From assembly GCA_964106915.2 (NCBI GenBank), contig CAXKYZ020000115.1: a stretch of 58,202 bases of DNA; one strand, 5' to 3'. A model generated the notes under the pieces. It saw only the letters and a program-made list of their open reading frames with translations. It was not told the origin of the DNA and did not search any database. Shown here piece after piece: positions 8,139 through 18,469 of this stretch. The stretch comes from Podarcis gaigeae (taxonomy: Eukaryota). The position numbers and the translations under genes are program-made. Position 1 is the first letter of the stretch. Each line of letters opens with the position of its first letter.

Positions 8139-8576
8139 CTAGGATTCGAAAACTATGTAGAGGGTTTCGGGGTCTGGTGAGGGGGTCGCCGCGAATTCGG
8201 CGACAGTGGTTCGGACTTGGCGGGAGATGCCGCCGCCGTTGCGGATGAATCCATCCGACTCGGCGGGAGGTGGCGGGGCGCCGGCGTCGATCAACGGCCA
8301 CAAACGGAAAGTCCCCGACTCAGCGGGGACTTCAACGGGGTAAACATCATGCGTTGGATTGGATCTCGACCAACGGATCCCCACCCAGTACGGGCCAGGA
8401 TCCAACATCGGACTAGTGAACAGCCCGGTCGTCGCATTCACGGGGACGGTGGTGCGTGCGGGGCCGAGGATCGCATCATGCGCCACACTGTCGCGGATGT
8501 CGCGGACCGTGAACACAATCTCCGCACCAACACCCAACTTCGCACCATCAGTCAACCGATCAGAAATAACAGGCAT
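8139..8576 (-). CDS. Minor tail protein
   Basis: Position in tail module; C-terminal PDPETLYIV motif. Confidence 0.7.
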   Translation of the reverse strand: MPVISDRLTDGAKLGVGAEIVFTVRDIRDSVAHDAILGPARTTVPVNATTGLFTSPMLDPGPYWVGIRWSRSNPTHDVYPVEVPAESGTFRLWPLIDAGAPPPPAESDGFIRNGGGISRQVRTTVAEFAATPSPDPETLYIVFES

Positions 8577-8857
8577 CAGACCACCACCTCCGCCAGTAAC
8601 GGGTTGAGTTGTTCATCGCAAGCGCGCTGCCAATCGCCATCCCATTGCGCAACCCAAAGCGGCTCAGGTCCCGTCATCAGCAACGCCCACCCAGCCGGAA
8701 GGTCCTCGTAATCTGCGGACCGAATTACTCGCGTAGCGCCGGTTGATAGATCAATGATCCACAGGTGTGGTGCGACAGGACCGAAAACATCCAACGCAGG
8801 TTTCGCCCACTCCTCGACTTCCTCAGCTGTGACACAAAGCTTTCCGTCCGCCATCAT
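8576..8857 (-). CDS. Hypothetical protein (tail module)
   Basis: ATGA overlap with upstream stop. Confidence 0.7.
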   Translation of the reverse strand: MMADGKLCVTAEEVEEWAKPALDVFGPVAPHLWIIDLSTGATRVIRSADYEDLPAGWALLMTGPEPLWVAQWDGDWQRACDEQLNPLLAEVVV

Positions 8858-9717
8858 GTCGCTGAAGCTCCTAACGACGCCCACATCAGACGTTCCTTGT
8901 TGTACGAAAACGAATTCATAGAGACGGCAGATGGAAGAACGGACTGATTCGCGAGCGAGGCGTGACGCGCTTGCGGTACAGTGCCCGATTCCTCGGAGAT
9001 CCCGGTTAGCGTGATGGCGCCCAGCCCCCGGGTTCGTTGACCCAAGCCTGGCGCGATCTGAAGTGATGCAACAGCGAACAGTTGGTCAGGCTCGGCCATC
9101 AAAGACAATCCTGTTGATATGTGGTACCTGCGTCGCTGGCTGGACAAGATCGCTTTGATGTCTCCAGAATCCCAGATCTTGATCATTCGATTGTTAGGCT
9201 TGTCATACCCGTAGATCCCCAGATACCAGGCGTCGATCCCGAAGAAACTGGCGTCGCTGCCAGTAATGATGCGCAGTACTTCTAGTGGCGTGGCTCGGTC
9301 AAGGCCGCCACGTATGAAAGCGAACTCTGCCGAACGCTTGTCAGGGTTAAACACCGGCGTCTCAGTCGTTTCGCTGCCAAACTCGCCCGTATATCTGAGG
9401 TACTGCATCATCGTGTCAGGGAATGAAACCAGGTCCCGACCGCCAGTGGACGCCCACGCCGGGGTTGTCACGCCAGTACGTGTGACGTTCTCCAAGCTCG
9501 CGATCTGGTTTCCATATCCGGTGATCAGGATGCCGCGGTCGTTGATCTCTTTCAGTGGTCCAAGACCGAAGGATCCACGACCCAGGAACGCATCAGCGAT
9601 GCTGCCGAGCAGCTGGCCGATGTTCGCGAACCCCGCAAAAATCTGGCTGAACCAGTTGTTTTTGAACGTCCCCCAAATGTCTTGATCCCGAGGCTTGCCG
9701 GGAGGCAACTTCTCCAT
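8854..9717 (-). CDS. Minor tail protein
   Basis: 287-aa ORF coupled to neighbours in the tail module. Confidence 0.7.
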   Translation of the reverse strand: MEKLPPGKPRDQDIWGTFKNNWFSQIFAGFANIGQLLGSIADAFLGRGSFGLGPLKEINDRGILITGYGNQIASLENVTRTGVTTPAWASTGGRDLVSFPDTMMQYLRYTGEFGSETTETPVFNPDKRSAEFAFIRGGLDRATPLEVLRIITGSDASFFGIDAWYLGIYGYDKPNNRMIKIWDSGDIKAILSSQRRRYHISTGLSLMAEPDQLFAVASLQIAPGLGQRTRGLGAITLTGISEESGTVPQARHASLANQSVLPSAVSMNSFSYNKERLMWASLGASAT

Positions 9718-10037
9718 CAGTGCTCACCCCACTTAGATCGACATCGACGCTCACGCCTCTGCACACGCACCAACACAACCGTCAACACCAACACCGAAAC
9801 CGCACAACCCGCATACAAAACAATGCGAATCACATCCCGCCCCGGATACAACGAATTCGACATCGCCGACGCAGCCACCTGAATCAACACCAGACACGTC
9901 AACACCTTCTCGGGCAACAACACCCGACCAACCTCATTCGCCCACCACTTCGACCGAAACGCATAGATCAGAGTGAACGTGCACCACACCAACGTGAGGA
10001 ACACCAACAGCCAGTTACCGACTTCTCTGAGCATCAT
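9717..10037 (-). CDS. Membrane protein, three TM segments (holin-like lysis accessory)
   Basis: Three hydrophobic segments; Y.FRS.WW...GR and YPGRD.IR motifs; in lysis cassette. Confidence 0.7.
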   Translation of the reverse strand: MMLREVGNWLLVFLTLVWCTFTLIYAFRSKWWANEVGRVLLPEKVLTCLVLIQVAASAMSNSLYPGRDVIRIVLYAGCAVSVLVLTVVLVRVQRRERRCRSKWGEH

Positions 10038-10231
10038 CGCCCTTCCATACTCAGCCGGAACAACTCACCGAAGTGGTTGTGCACCATCTGATCCTGAACA
10101 CGCTGCCCGCGACGCTCGTGGTCCGGGCGGGCGCGACGAGACGCCGCCAACCGCTTATCCACTTCCTCGTCCAGCAACCGTGCTTCGGTGACTGTTTCGT
10201 TCTCGGCGTGTTGACGCCGACGCCACCTCAC
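10034..10231 (-). CDS. Small basic lysis-cassette protein
   Basis: GTGA overlap; C-terminal NHFGELF motif. Confidence 0.65.
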   Translation of the reverse strand: MRWRRRQHAENETVTEARLLDEEVDKRLAASRRARPDHERRGQRVQDQMVHNHFGELFRLSMEGR

Positions 10232-10515
10232 GACGCCCCCTGAGCTGACTCTTTCCGCCACTCCTCAAGTAGCCGCGCCGACAGATCAGACGTGGCCGAT
10301 AGCTTCGCGATGGTCTTGGCGTCCTCACCGTTCAGCGTTAACGCCTTGTCCAACGCTGAACGGAGGTACGTGTTCGCCTGCCGCTCAGCGTCCAGTTGCT
10401 CACGATGCTGAGCGCCGACGACGAGGACACCTCTCGCGATCATGAGGAAGACACCGACGACGAACCCGACGACGACACCCCCCTCAATGGGGAGCGCGGA
10501 AAAGAACTCCCCCAT
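10228..10515 (-). CDS. Membrane protein (N-terminal TM plus coiled coil), lysis cassette
   Basis: GGVVVGFVVGVFLMIARG TM followed by charged helix. Confidence 0.7.
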   Translation of the reverse strand: MGEFFSALPIEGGVVVGFVVGVFLMIARGVLVVGAQHREQLDAERQANTYLRSALDKALTLNGEDAKTIAKLSATSDLSARLLEEWRKESAQGAS

Positions 10516-10799
10516 CACCCTTGCTTGCGGTGTCGGCCGACGTACTCGTCGAGTTCCGAAGCCTGCTGCGGTGTGATCGCATTCGGCACCAACCACGCCG
10601 ACACCGCAAACACACCCTGAATGCTGATCGCCAACACAACCTGCGCGGTACCCGAGATCGGCAACCCGACCAACAGCACCAGCACATTCGCCAGCAAACC
10701 AACAACATTCGCGATCGTCTTGCGGTTCTGCTTCACGAACGGAATGTTCTGCACATACGACTTCGCGAAACCATCCAAACCAGAATCAGCAGTCATCAC
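10515..10799 (-). CDS. Holin
   Basis: Two TM segments, RKTIA..V and AWLVPNA motifs; directly after endolysin. Confidence 0.78.
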   Translation of the reverse strand: MMTADSGLDGFAKSYVQNIPFVKQNRKTIANVVGLLANVLVLLVGLPISGTAQVVLAISIQGVFAVSAWLVPNAITPQQASELDEYVGRHRKQG

Positions 10800-11572
10800 T
10801 TACCTGCCTTCGGGTCCTTGAAACCATCGATCCCGAGTTTCGCGCCGATCGCAGCCAACGCATTGACAAGGGTGCGGTCCCCTAACTGGTCCCAGCCGGG
10901 GTACTCGCCCGCGTCACGTCCACCCGTCAGCTGCTGCCGAACGTCCTTAACATCTGAACCAATCGGTCCACAAAACCCAGCGACAAAGTCTTGTACCTGC
11001 TTCACTTCCGAGCTACCCACGGGAGCCTCCTGCTTGTTATCGATTCGAGCTTGAATGTCTGCGCGGAACTTGTTCATGTCCATTCCGCCGGGATCCCACT
11101 TGCCCTGCGCCGCACCAGCCCACTCCTTGTGGCCGATCGCATGCGAGGCAGGCTGACCGACCTTCCGGAGGATCGCAGCGCAGCACCGCACATACGCGTC
11201 GTACTGCGCGGGCGACCAACCTTCGGTGCCGTTGTTCTCCGCCTCGATACCGATGGTGCGTTCATTCGCACCGTTGGTCGGCAATCCTGGGTACGATCCG
11301 CTGCCGGCATGCCAGGCGACACCCACACCGACGACGGTGGCGACACCATCTCGGGACAGGTGAATCTGCGAGCACAAGCCGAGACTCGGATGGTTCGCGA
11401 TGTATCCGGGGTTGTTGCCGGGCGGGTTGTTGCCGGTGTGGTGTGCGACGACACCCCAGATCGTGCCCATGTCGCCGTGTCCGCGGTCTTTCCAGCCGGG
11501 GTATTCGACGACTTTGATTCCCTCAGCGCGCAAGACATCTGCGAGCCAGACGGGATCTCCTGTCCAGGTCAT
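10796..11572 (-). CDS. lysA: Endolysin (lysin A), N-acetylmuramoyl-L-alanine amidase
   Basis: VAHHT, AWHAG, IGIEAEN, GHKEW..GKWDPG amidase_2 motifs; C-terminal QL.G..YPGWDQLGDRTLV.AL domain. Confidence 0.93.
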   Translation of the reverse strand: MTWTGDPVWLADVLRAEGIKVVEYPGWKDRGHGDMGTIWGVVAHHTGNNPPGNNPGYIANHPSLGLCSQIHLSRDGVATVVGVGVAWHAGSGSYPGLPTNGANERTIGIEAENNGTEGWSPAQYDAYVRCCAAILRKVGQPASHAIGHKEWAGAAQGKWDPGGMDMNKFRADIQARIDNKQEAPVGSSEVKQVQDFVAGFCGPIGSDVKDVRQQLTGGRDAGEYPGWDQLGDRTLVNALAAIGAKLGIDGFKDPKAGK

Positions 11573-11581
11573 GTGTTTCTC

Positions 11582-13162
11582 CTAGGTTGAGTTGGCGATA
11601 GCGCGGATGCTGCCGAAGATCGTTTGGACCTTCTTCAAGACGCGCTCCCAGCCATCGCCGACTGTGATGGCATCACCGAACGTGGTGACAGTCCGCATGC
11701 GGCCGTCTTCCTGTTCGGTGATCTTCACGTTCGAAACGTGCTTCTCGATCACGACACCGTCATCCCAGACAGTCATGATGTCGCCGTGCTTGTAGCGGCG
11801 CTCGAAGTGCACTTCCACGCCGTCGATCACTTCGACGTCTTCTCCGAACGTGAAGCCGCGACCATCCGCGCCGCCCTCGACGACCGTCAACCGGATCGCC
11901 TCGGAACCGGAATGCGCCTTCAACGCAGCCAAGCCGACAGCGAACCCATCCAACGACCACGCGGACGTGTTGTCGCCGAACGCTTCACCGCGACCCAACT
12001 CCCCCAAATCGGTTTCGAGTTCGGGATCCCAGAACTGTTGGAACGCGAAGAACACGTTGTCGAACAGGTCGCCGATGATGTTGCCCAACCCGAGACCGGG
12101 GAGGATGGCGTTCAGGATCAACTGCAACGCGAAGTTCGCGCCCCACTCGATGACCTGATTCAGGATCTCGGGGGCCTTGCCGCCGATCACAACACGTGTT
12201 GCGTCCGCAGTCTTTTCGACCCGTTCAATCCAGGCGATCTGATCACCATCCGTGCGCCACTGAAACTGGCGGCGGTCCCGCTTCGCGTGCGTGTTGAACA
12301 CGAACCCTGGGTTCTGCAACTTCCCCCACTCGGACGGATTTGTGAGCCCGAGGATGTTTCCGGGGTTGGTGAAGTTCAGGAAGTTGTCGGACGTGTAGTC
12401 CATCACCGATTGCAGCATCGAGAGGGTGTGCGTGTTGAACACGTGCGGGGACGGCAACCCGTCAGCCGGCGTCCACAAGTTGATGGACAAGCCGATCTCG
12501 TAGGTCTCGACGGTCTGCTTGAATAGTTCGTCGAGCTGGGTGAACCGGGCGGCCAACACGATCATGTCGTCGGGTGACTCGTGCACGATGTTCAGCAAGT
12601 CGTCGAGAGTGTCGATGTCGTCGAGGTCCGGCAACTCGGGTGTGGTTTTGCGGATTGGCAGAGCGGACACGACCGGCGATCGGAGTCGTGTCATCACCTT
12701 CGACACGTACTTCTTCATCACCTGATCGGGTGGTCCCCAGTCAACATCCTGCTTACCAGTGATGTTGAACTGGATCTCAGGCGGCAGGATGTTGTTCACC
12801 CATGCCAACGCCCGCAACAGCTTGAACAAGTTCGAGACACAAGTCAGTTTGATCGTCAACCTGCCAGGCGGTCCCGCGACTTGAGCCTCCATAACCCGCC
12901 CATCCCACGGGATTCCATTGTGGGTGGTGCGGATGTGGATGACTTTCCGCCGCGGGTGCGACAGATACGACGCCATCGGATGATCCCCACGAATGTAGAT
13001 TTCCGCGGTGGTGGGGATCGCCCAATCCCACTCGAAAGTGGTTCCCGCCATGTACGCGCCAAGAGGCCTCCACGACATGGCATCTGGTGAACCGACCTCG
13101 ATTCGGAAACCTTTGACCTCGGTGGTGTTGGGGCGCGGGTATCCGGGGAGGGCGACAGTCAT
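11582..13162 (-). CDS. Minor tail protein (baseplate hub, Gp37-like)
   Basis: 526 aa, second gene after tape measure; GGKAPEILNQ and LFDNVFFAFQ motifs. Confidence 0.85.
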   Translation of the reverse strand: MTVALPGYPRPNTTEVKGFRIEVGSPDAMSWRPLGAYMAGTTFEWDWAIPTTAEIYIRGDHPMASYLSHPRRKVIHIRTTHNGIPWDGRVMEAQVAGPPGRLTIKLTCVSNLFKLLRALAWVNNILPPEIQFNITGKQDVDWGPPDQVMKKYVSKVMTRLRSPVVSALPIRKTTPELPDLDDIDTLDDLLNIVHESPDDMIVLAARFTQLDELFKQTVETYEIGLSINLWTPADGLPSPHVFNTHTLSMLQSVMDYTSDNFLNFTNPGNILGLTNPSEWGKLQNPGFVFNTHAKRDRRQFQWRTDGDQIAWIERVEKTADATRVVIGGKAPEILNQVIEWGANFALQLILNAILPGLGLGNIIGDLFDNVFFAFQQFWDPELETDLGELGRGEAFGDNTSAWSLDGFAVGLAALKAHSGSEAIRLTVVEGGADGRGFTFGEDVEVIDGVEVHFERRYKHGDIMTVWDDGVVIEKHVSNVKITEQEDGRMRTVTTFGDAITVGDGWERVLKKVQTIFGSIRAIANST

Positions 13163-13981
13163 TTAGAAGCCCTCCCTGAATAGTTGCGGCAGCGTCACTT
13201 TCACCGAGGTGTTGGTGTTGGTGCCGGTTCCTTGGATCGTGATGGGGACGGTGATTGGGCTGGCTGGGTTTCCGGGGATCTGCTTGTACCAGGCACGGGC
13301 GATCCACGACCGATCGTTGCCGGCGCCGTCTTTGATGGAGAACCAGTTCGGGTCGGTGTTGATGGTCCACACGTCGCCGGCTGCGATGGTCGGTAGTGGG
13401 ACGAGTTCGCCTTGCCAGCCGATCTTCGGAAGCGTGATGGGGCCGGTGATGACGATGTGCGGCCACACCGGCTCATCCGATTCAGATTCGATAGCGGCTG
13501 TTGCGAAGTCCGCGGCCTTGAATGTCTTGACGGCAGGTCGCTTACGCCACCACGTCTCGTCCGACCGAAGTGTTGCCGGGTCGTTGAGCTGCACCCCGGA
13601 GTCCTTCAACAGCCGAATGTCCATCGGCCCGAACTTCGTCGACAACCTCACGTACTGGAATTTCTCGCCACCAGTTTCGGTGATCGACCAGAAGGTGTGG
13701 ATTTCTTTGCCGCGGCCCAATGAGTGCCGCCACAGCTTCCCGAGCCGCAACGCGTCAGCCTTCGGGACAGGCCCGACCTTGCAGTCCAACCCGATGAAGT
13801 TCGGCATGTCATTGCGGGCAACCCACGACACCCCAGCCTGACCCACATTCTTCTGGTCATCGTGCGTGAACTCGGCGCCCTCAGTACCCGTCGGTTCCGT
13901 ACGAAACGAGACGGGACAGGCAGGATCGTTGAAATCCCACACTGTCCCGTCTGCGCATTCGAGGACATATCGCCTACTCAT
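13163..13981 (-). CDS. Distal tail protein (Dit-like)
   Basis: First gene after tape measure; WP.I.ITGP..P.IG, LPTIAAG..WTINTDP. Confidence 0.82.
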   Translation of the reverse strand: MSRRYVLECADGTVWDFNDPACPVSFRTEPTGTEGAEFTHDDQKNVGQAGVSWVARNDMPNFIGLDCKVGPVPKADALRLGKLWRHSLGRGKEIHTFWSITETGGEKFQYVRLSTKFGPMDIRLLKDSGVQLNDPATLRSDETWWRKRPAVKTFKAADFATAAIESESDEPVWPHIVITGPITLPKIGWQGELVPLPTIAAGDVWTINTDPNWFSIKDGAGNDRSWIARAWYKQIPGNPASPITVPITIQGTGTNTNTSVKVTLPQLFREGF

Positions 13982-16900
13982 ATGCCGCCCTTCAGGATGT
14001 TGATGTTCGCCATGCCCGAGTCGCGGTCGACGTTCACCTCAGCTCGGATCGGCTCACGGTTCTTGATCGCCAACAGGATCTGTTCGAGGACCGGCTGAAT
14101 TTCCTTGGTCGCGTTCTCGAACCCCTTCTCCAACTGGGAGGAAGAGTTCGCGCCAGTGTCGAATTGGCCGGTGAACTTACCGTCCGCATCGAAGCCACTG
14201 GCGAGGGCGAATGCCGCACCAACACCGAACGCCGCAGCGTTATACGCAGCAGCACGACGACCATTCGCCGTCGTCGGCACCTTCAACCCCGGCTTCTCCC
14301 CCACATAGCCACCGAACCCTGTGAGTCCACCGTCAGCCATCGGCACCAACTCGTACCCGAACCGGCGTGCAGTCTCACGGGTGATCGCGACTGAACGGTT
14401 CCGCTTCGACGGGGCGTGCGGAATGTAGGACTCTCCGCCTGTTCCCTTCTCCGCGAACCGAATCAAATCCGCACCATCCGAATACAGGCCGGCTTGGTCG
14501 GGGAGGTTCATGCCGCCGTTCTCGAACACCTTGAACCCGCCAGACCAGATCAGGTTCGGATCCTTCCCCGCAGCATCCGAGGTACCACCAGCAGGCGCTG
14601 TCGCCGGCGCAGGTTCAGGCGCTGAATACGACGATGACGATGTTCCGGGCCAGTTGGTGACGAACACCCGCTGCCCATCCGTCGCCAACGCAGCACCACT
14701 GTCAGTAGTGCCAACAGTCATCTGACTGCCGTTGCCGCGGGCATTCGACGCAGCGATGATCTCGTCCGCCTCAGCAGCCTTCACCGCATAATTCGAACCA
14801 TCCGCAGTGCCCGACTGCTGCACCTTCTGCGCCGCCTCAGCCTCCGACATGCTGTTGTAGTCGAAGTCGTCGAGCTTGTCGTAAAACATGCCCGCAGCCC
14901 GAGTCGGATCCTTCCGGTCCTCCAACGTTCCCCAACCACCGTTATCGCGCTGCTGCATGATGCCGGCGTTATCGCCATCCATGCCGTAGTCGAGGTTCTG
15001 CAAATCGGTTTCAGCGAGGGCGGTCATGACCGCGGCCTTGATGCCCTTATCGCTGATGCCGCGGCGCTTACCTTCCGCGATCACCTGATCGGCGATCTTC
15101 TCCCGCTCCGTCCGAGTATCCGGAGCAGCAGGAGCCGCATCCTTACCAGCACCAGACGGGGCACCCAACGGTTCCTTCGACGCCGCATGCACATGGTTCT
15201 CGTGCTGCTGCATCGTCGCCGCACCATAGAACGACGGATCGACGATCTTCCCGTCCTTGATGTTCCGAGTGAACCGCGGATCCGAGTAAATCAACTCCGC
15301 CAACTGCGACTGGTAGTTGTCGGCGAGATAGTTCGCCCACGCCAACTGCTCATCGGTGTTTCCTGAGCCGTTGGAGTAGTCGACTGCCTTCCCTTGCCCG
15401 TGGTAGTCGTTGGTGTCCCGGTACGACGAGGTGAGTTGCAGTCCTGGTGCGTGTTGGGATGCGATGCCGGTGAACGACTCGACGACACCACCATTCGCCA
15501 TCTTGATAGCGTCAGGTTTGATGAGTCCGAATCCGAAGCGGCGAGCCACATCCTGCAAGATCGCCTCCGAACGTTTCCGCTTCGACGGCGCCCCCGGAAT
15601 ATAGGCTTCCCACTGCGTTTCGCCTTCCGCGTACTGCACCGGCCCGAGCGGGGACTTCGTGTAGATGCCCTGCCCTGAACCCTGCTGAATGTGTGCGGTG
15701 TCGATCATCCCGTCCGCACGCGTACGGATAGCGCCGTCAGCGAGTCCGTTATCAGCGAGAGACGGGCCGATGAACGTCGGGTCCACGCCAGCTGCGACCC
15801 GACGTTCAGTGATCACAGCCGAGATCCGTAGGGTACGTTGCCGACTCAGCCACTCCTGCATCCGCGCTTCAGCGTCAGCGGTTTCAGCTGTGACATTGAC
15901 CGTTCCATCAGGCAGCGTCTCAACCTTCAAGCCAAGCGCCTTGAGTTGATCCATCGAATCTTGAGTCAACGCCTGAGTGTGGATGGTCTTCGAGTCCGGG
16001 ACATCGATGACCTTGTCCTTCAACACGTCCAACTCGTACTTGGCTTCAGGCATGCCCGATTGCAGGATCTTCGTGTCAACAAACTCAGGCGTCAGTCCGA
16101 GCACATTCAGGTAGTCCACCGCTGCCTTGTTCGACATGCCAGTGGCCATCAATTGCTCGATCAGAGCGTTTCGGTTTTCGTTGTACTGACCGGTCAAAGC
16201 CTCAACGGTATTGCCGGCTTCCATACCCGTCTTGATCTGATTGACGAACTGATCGGACATGCCCTTGAGCCCGTTTTCCATCTGGACCTGCGCCTCGTTG
16301 TTGCGATCGATCGAACCAGTCCAGTTCTCAATCTTGATCGCAGCACCATCAGCGCCAACACCAATATCAGCGATCGCCTTGTTCACCTTCGCCGACTCAT
16401 CGTTGAACGCCGCCGACAACTTCATGTCCCCAGCGAACTCGTTGAACCTGTCCTGAGCCTGACCCAAAGCGGGAATCAGAGTGTCGTGGATACCGTCAGC
16501 AGCGCCTTCCAACATGTTCGAGATGCCCTCGCCTCCAGTGCGAGTCTTGTCGGCCATGTCCCGCATCTTGTCCGCAGCGCCACCTGTCGCGAGCCCCAGC
16601 AGGTCACCGAAAACGGGGATCGCTTCACCCACTGACAGGATGTTCGCACCCATATCCAGGAACGACGCACCAGTCTCGGACGCCGAGACAGCGAACTCGG
16701 CCAGTCCACGAAGCCCGCCTTCTACGAATCCGAGGACTGACTTGCCCGCTTCGAACACCGTGTTGCCGATGTCGATGAAGAACTGGATCACACCGGCACG
16801 GTTGTTTGAGATGTTGTCTGCGAAGTCTTTGATGTACGGTCCGAATGCTTGCGCGAGAGCAGCTTTCATGCCATCGCCAGCAAGTTCGATGGACCGCATC

Positions 16901-18450
16901 GCGCCTTCAACGGATGTCGAGGCGTTGCCGCCCATCACGTTGATCGCACGCCACGCCGCACCCTCGTAGTCGTTCATCGACTGGATGGCCGTATCAAGAT
17001 CCATCGCATAGAGCGCGTCGCCCAAGTCTTCAGCCTGCGTGCCGAAAAGAGCTGTTGCTAGCGTGGCGCGTTCCTGCTCATCAGTGACCCCGCGCAGCTT
17101 GTCCAACACCTGGCCTAGAGCTTCACGTGCACCCTCTCCACCGCCAGCGATCTTCTTCCCCATGTCCTCGGCGTTGAACCCGAGGGCCCCGAACCCTTCC
17201 GACATCTTCTCGTTGTTGGCAATGAGATCCTGCTGGCTCAGCGCAACACCGTCTTGCTCGTATGCAAGATCAGCAAAAGCTTTTGCGCTCAACTCGCTAC
17301 CGTCGATTGCGCGGATGCTGAACTCTTTCAAAGCATCTGCTGCGAGGTCAGTGTCACGTGCGCCCGCCTTCACGGCCTGGGACATCAGACCGATCGATTC
17401 GGCACCAGTCAGACCTAGCTTGCGAAACTGGGTTCCATACTCGTTGACAGTGTCGAGGAAGTCCTCGGAGTTGTTGAGACCAAGCTGGGTTGCCTTCGTG
17501 AACAGGTCGAAAGCATCCTGCGCGTCGACAGCGAACCCAGTCTTAAGAGCCTGACCAGCTGCCTTAGCAACGGCAGGGATCTCCTCTTCCATGATCGTGG
17601 CGACACCATCGAGGCTGTTGATCATCTTCTCGGCGTCACGTTGCGTTGCAGCTGGATCCAGAAGACCGTTGCGCAAAGCGAATTTCGCCGTGTCCAAGTT
17701 GCCTTCAACAGACTCACCGAACGCATCCGCGTAGGACTCGCCCGCGGCAAGACCGAACTTCCGAGCCTGTCCTTCCGTGACACCAGTACGTGCCTGAAAC
17801 AGATCCTGCGTCTTCTCCTGCTCCATGCCCTCTTTGATGGCCGCAGCGAGCGCAGCGCCAGCCGTCAAGCCGATGACAGCGACACCAAGCAGCGAACCAG
17901 CGATAGGGCCGGTCGACGACGCGAGGTTGCCGATCGTGTCAGTAAAACCGGACAGGAAGTTTCCGCCAGCCTGATCACCAGCACCAGCACCGCCGTCACC
18001 AGCCTGCCGATACAGGTCATCCAGGTCACCCTGAGCGGCCTGCAAATCCTCCCGAAGGCGATTACCTAGTTCGATGTCGTTCAGCGCACCAGCTGCTTGC
18101 CGTGCGCCGGCACGGATTTCGTCGATCCCTCGTGCAGCGTCGCGGGCTTCGTTGAGAAGTCGGTCGTTCATGACGATGTCGTCGACTGACTGGTCGGCGC
18201 GTTGCGCGTTGCGTTCCAACTCTTGGATGCGTTGCGCGGCTTGCTGCGCCTGCCGGTCCAACTGCCGGTTGATTTCCACGGCTTGTGCTGCTTCGCCTGC
18301 GCGGGCGGCGGCGCGGGTGATGTCCTGGAAGCCGTTGCTGATCCGTTGTGTGGATTGCCGTGACTGCTGCTCGGATCGTTGGGTTCCCTGGATGAAGCGG
18401 GAATCGTCCAATGTCAGTCGGGCTACGAGCTCACCAACGTCCAAGCTCAT
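13978..18450 (-). CDS. Tape measure protein with C-terminal cell-wall hydrolase-like domains
   Basis: 1490 aa, Ala/Gly-rich helical; VGELVARLTLD start; DFLDTVNEYGTQF, ADALKEF, LFGTQAEDLG motifs. Confidence 0.96.
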   Translation of the reverse strand: MSLDVGELVARLTLDDSRFIQGTQRSEQQSRQSTQRISNGFQDITRAAARAGEAAQAVEINRQLDRQAQQAAQRIQELERNAQRADQSVDDIVMNDRLLNEARDAARGIDEIRAGARQAAGALNDIELGNRLREDLQAAQGDLDDLYRQAGDGGAGAGDQAGGNFLSGFTDTIGNLASSTGPIAGSLLGVAVIGLTAGAALAAAIKEGMEQEKTQDLFQARTGVTEGQARKFGLAAGESYADAFGESVEGNLDTAKFALRNGLLDPAATQRDAEKMINSLDGVATIMEEEIPAVAKAAGQALKTGFAVDAQDAFDLFTKATQLGLNNSEDFLDTVNEYGTQFRKLGLTGAESIGLMSQAVKAGARDTDLAADALKEFSIRAIDGSELSAKAFADLAYEQDGVALSQQDLIANNEKMSEGFGALGFNAEDMGKKIAGGGEGAREALGQVLDKLRGVTDEQERATLATALFGTQAEDLGDALYAMDLDTAIQSMNDYEGAAWRAINVMGGNASTSVEGAMRSIELAGDGMKAALAQAFGPYIKDFADNISNNRAGVIQFFIDIGNTVFEAGKSVLGFVEGGLRGLAEFAVSASETGASFLDMGANILSVGEAIPVFGDLLGLATGGAADKMRDMADKTRTGGEGISNMLEGAADGIHDTLIPALGQAQDRFNEFAGDMKLSAAFNDESAKVNKAIADIGVGADGAAIKIENWTGSIDRNNEAQVQMENGLKGMSDQFVNQIKTGMEAGNTVEALTGQYNENRNALIEQLMATGMSNKAAVDYLNVLGLTPEFVDTKILQSGMPEAKYELDVLKDKVIDVPDSKTIHTQALTQDSMDQLKALGLKVETLPDGTVNVTAETADAEARMQEWLSRQRTLRISAVITERRVAAGVDPTFIGPSLADNGLADGAIRTRADGMIDTAHIQQGSGQGIYTKSPLGPVQYAEGETQWEAYIPGAPSKRKRSEAILQDVARRFGFGLIKPDAIKMANGGVVESFTGIASQHAPGLQLTSSYRDTNDYHGQGKAVDYSNGSGNTDEQLAWANYLADNYQSQLAELIYSDPRFTRNIKDGKIVDPSFYGAATMQQHENHVHAASKEPLGAPSGAGKDAAPAAPDTRTEREKIADQVIAEGKRRGISDKGIKAAVMTALAETDLQNLDYGMDGDNAGIMQQRDNGGWGTLEDRKDPTRAAGMFYDKLDDFDYNSMSEAEAAQKVQQSGTADGSNYAVKAAEADEIIAASNARGNGSQMTVGTTDSGAALATDGQRVFVTNWPGTSSSSYSAPEPAPATAPAGGTSDAAGKDPNLIWSGGFKVFENGGMNLPDQAGLYSDGADLIRFAEKGTGGESYIPHAPSKRNRSVAITRETARRFGYELVPMADGGLTGFGGYVGEKPGLKVPTTANGRRAAAYNAAAFGVGAAFALASGFDADGKFTGQFDTGANSSSQLEKGFENATKEIQPVLEQILLAIKNREPIRAEVNVDRDSGMANINILKGGI

Positions 18451-18469
18451 CGCTCAGCCCTCCAAGGGT

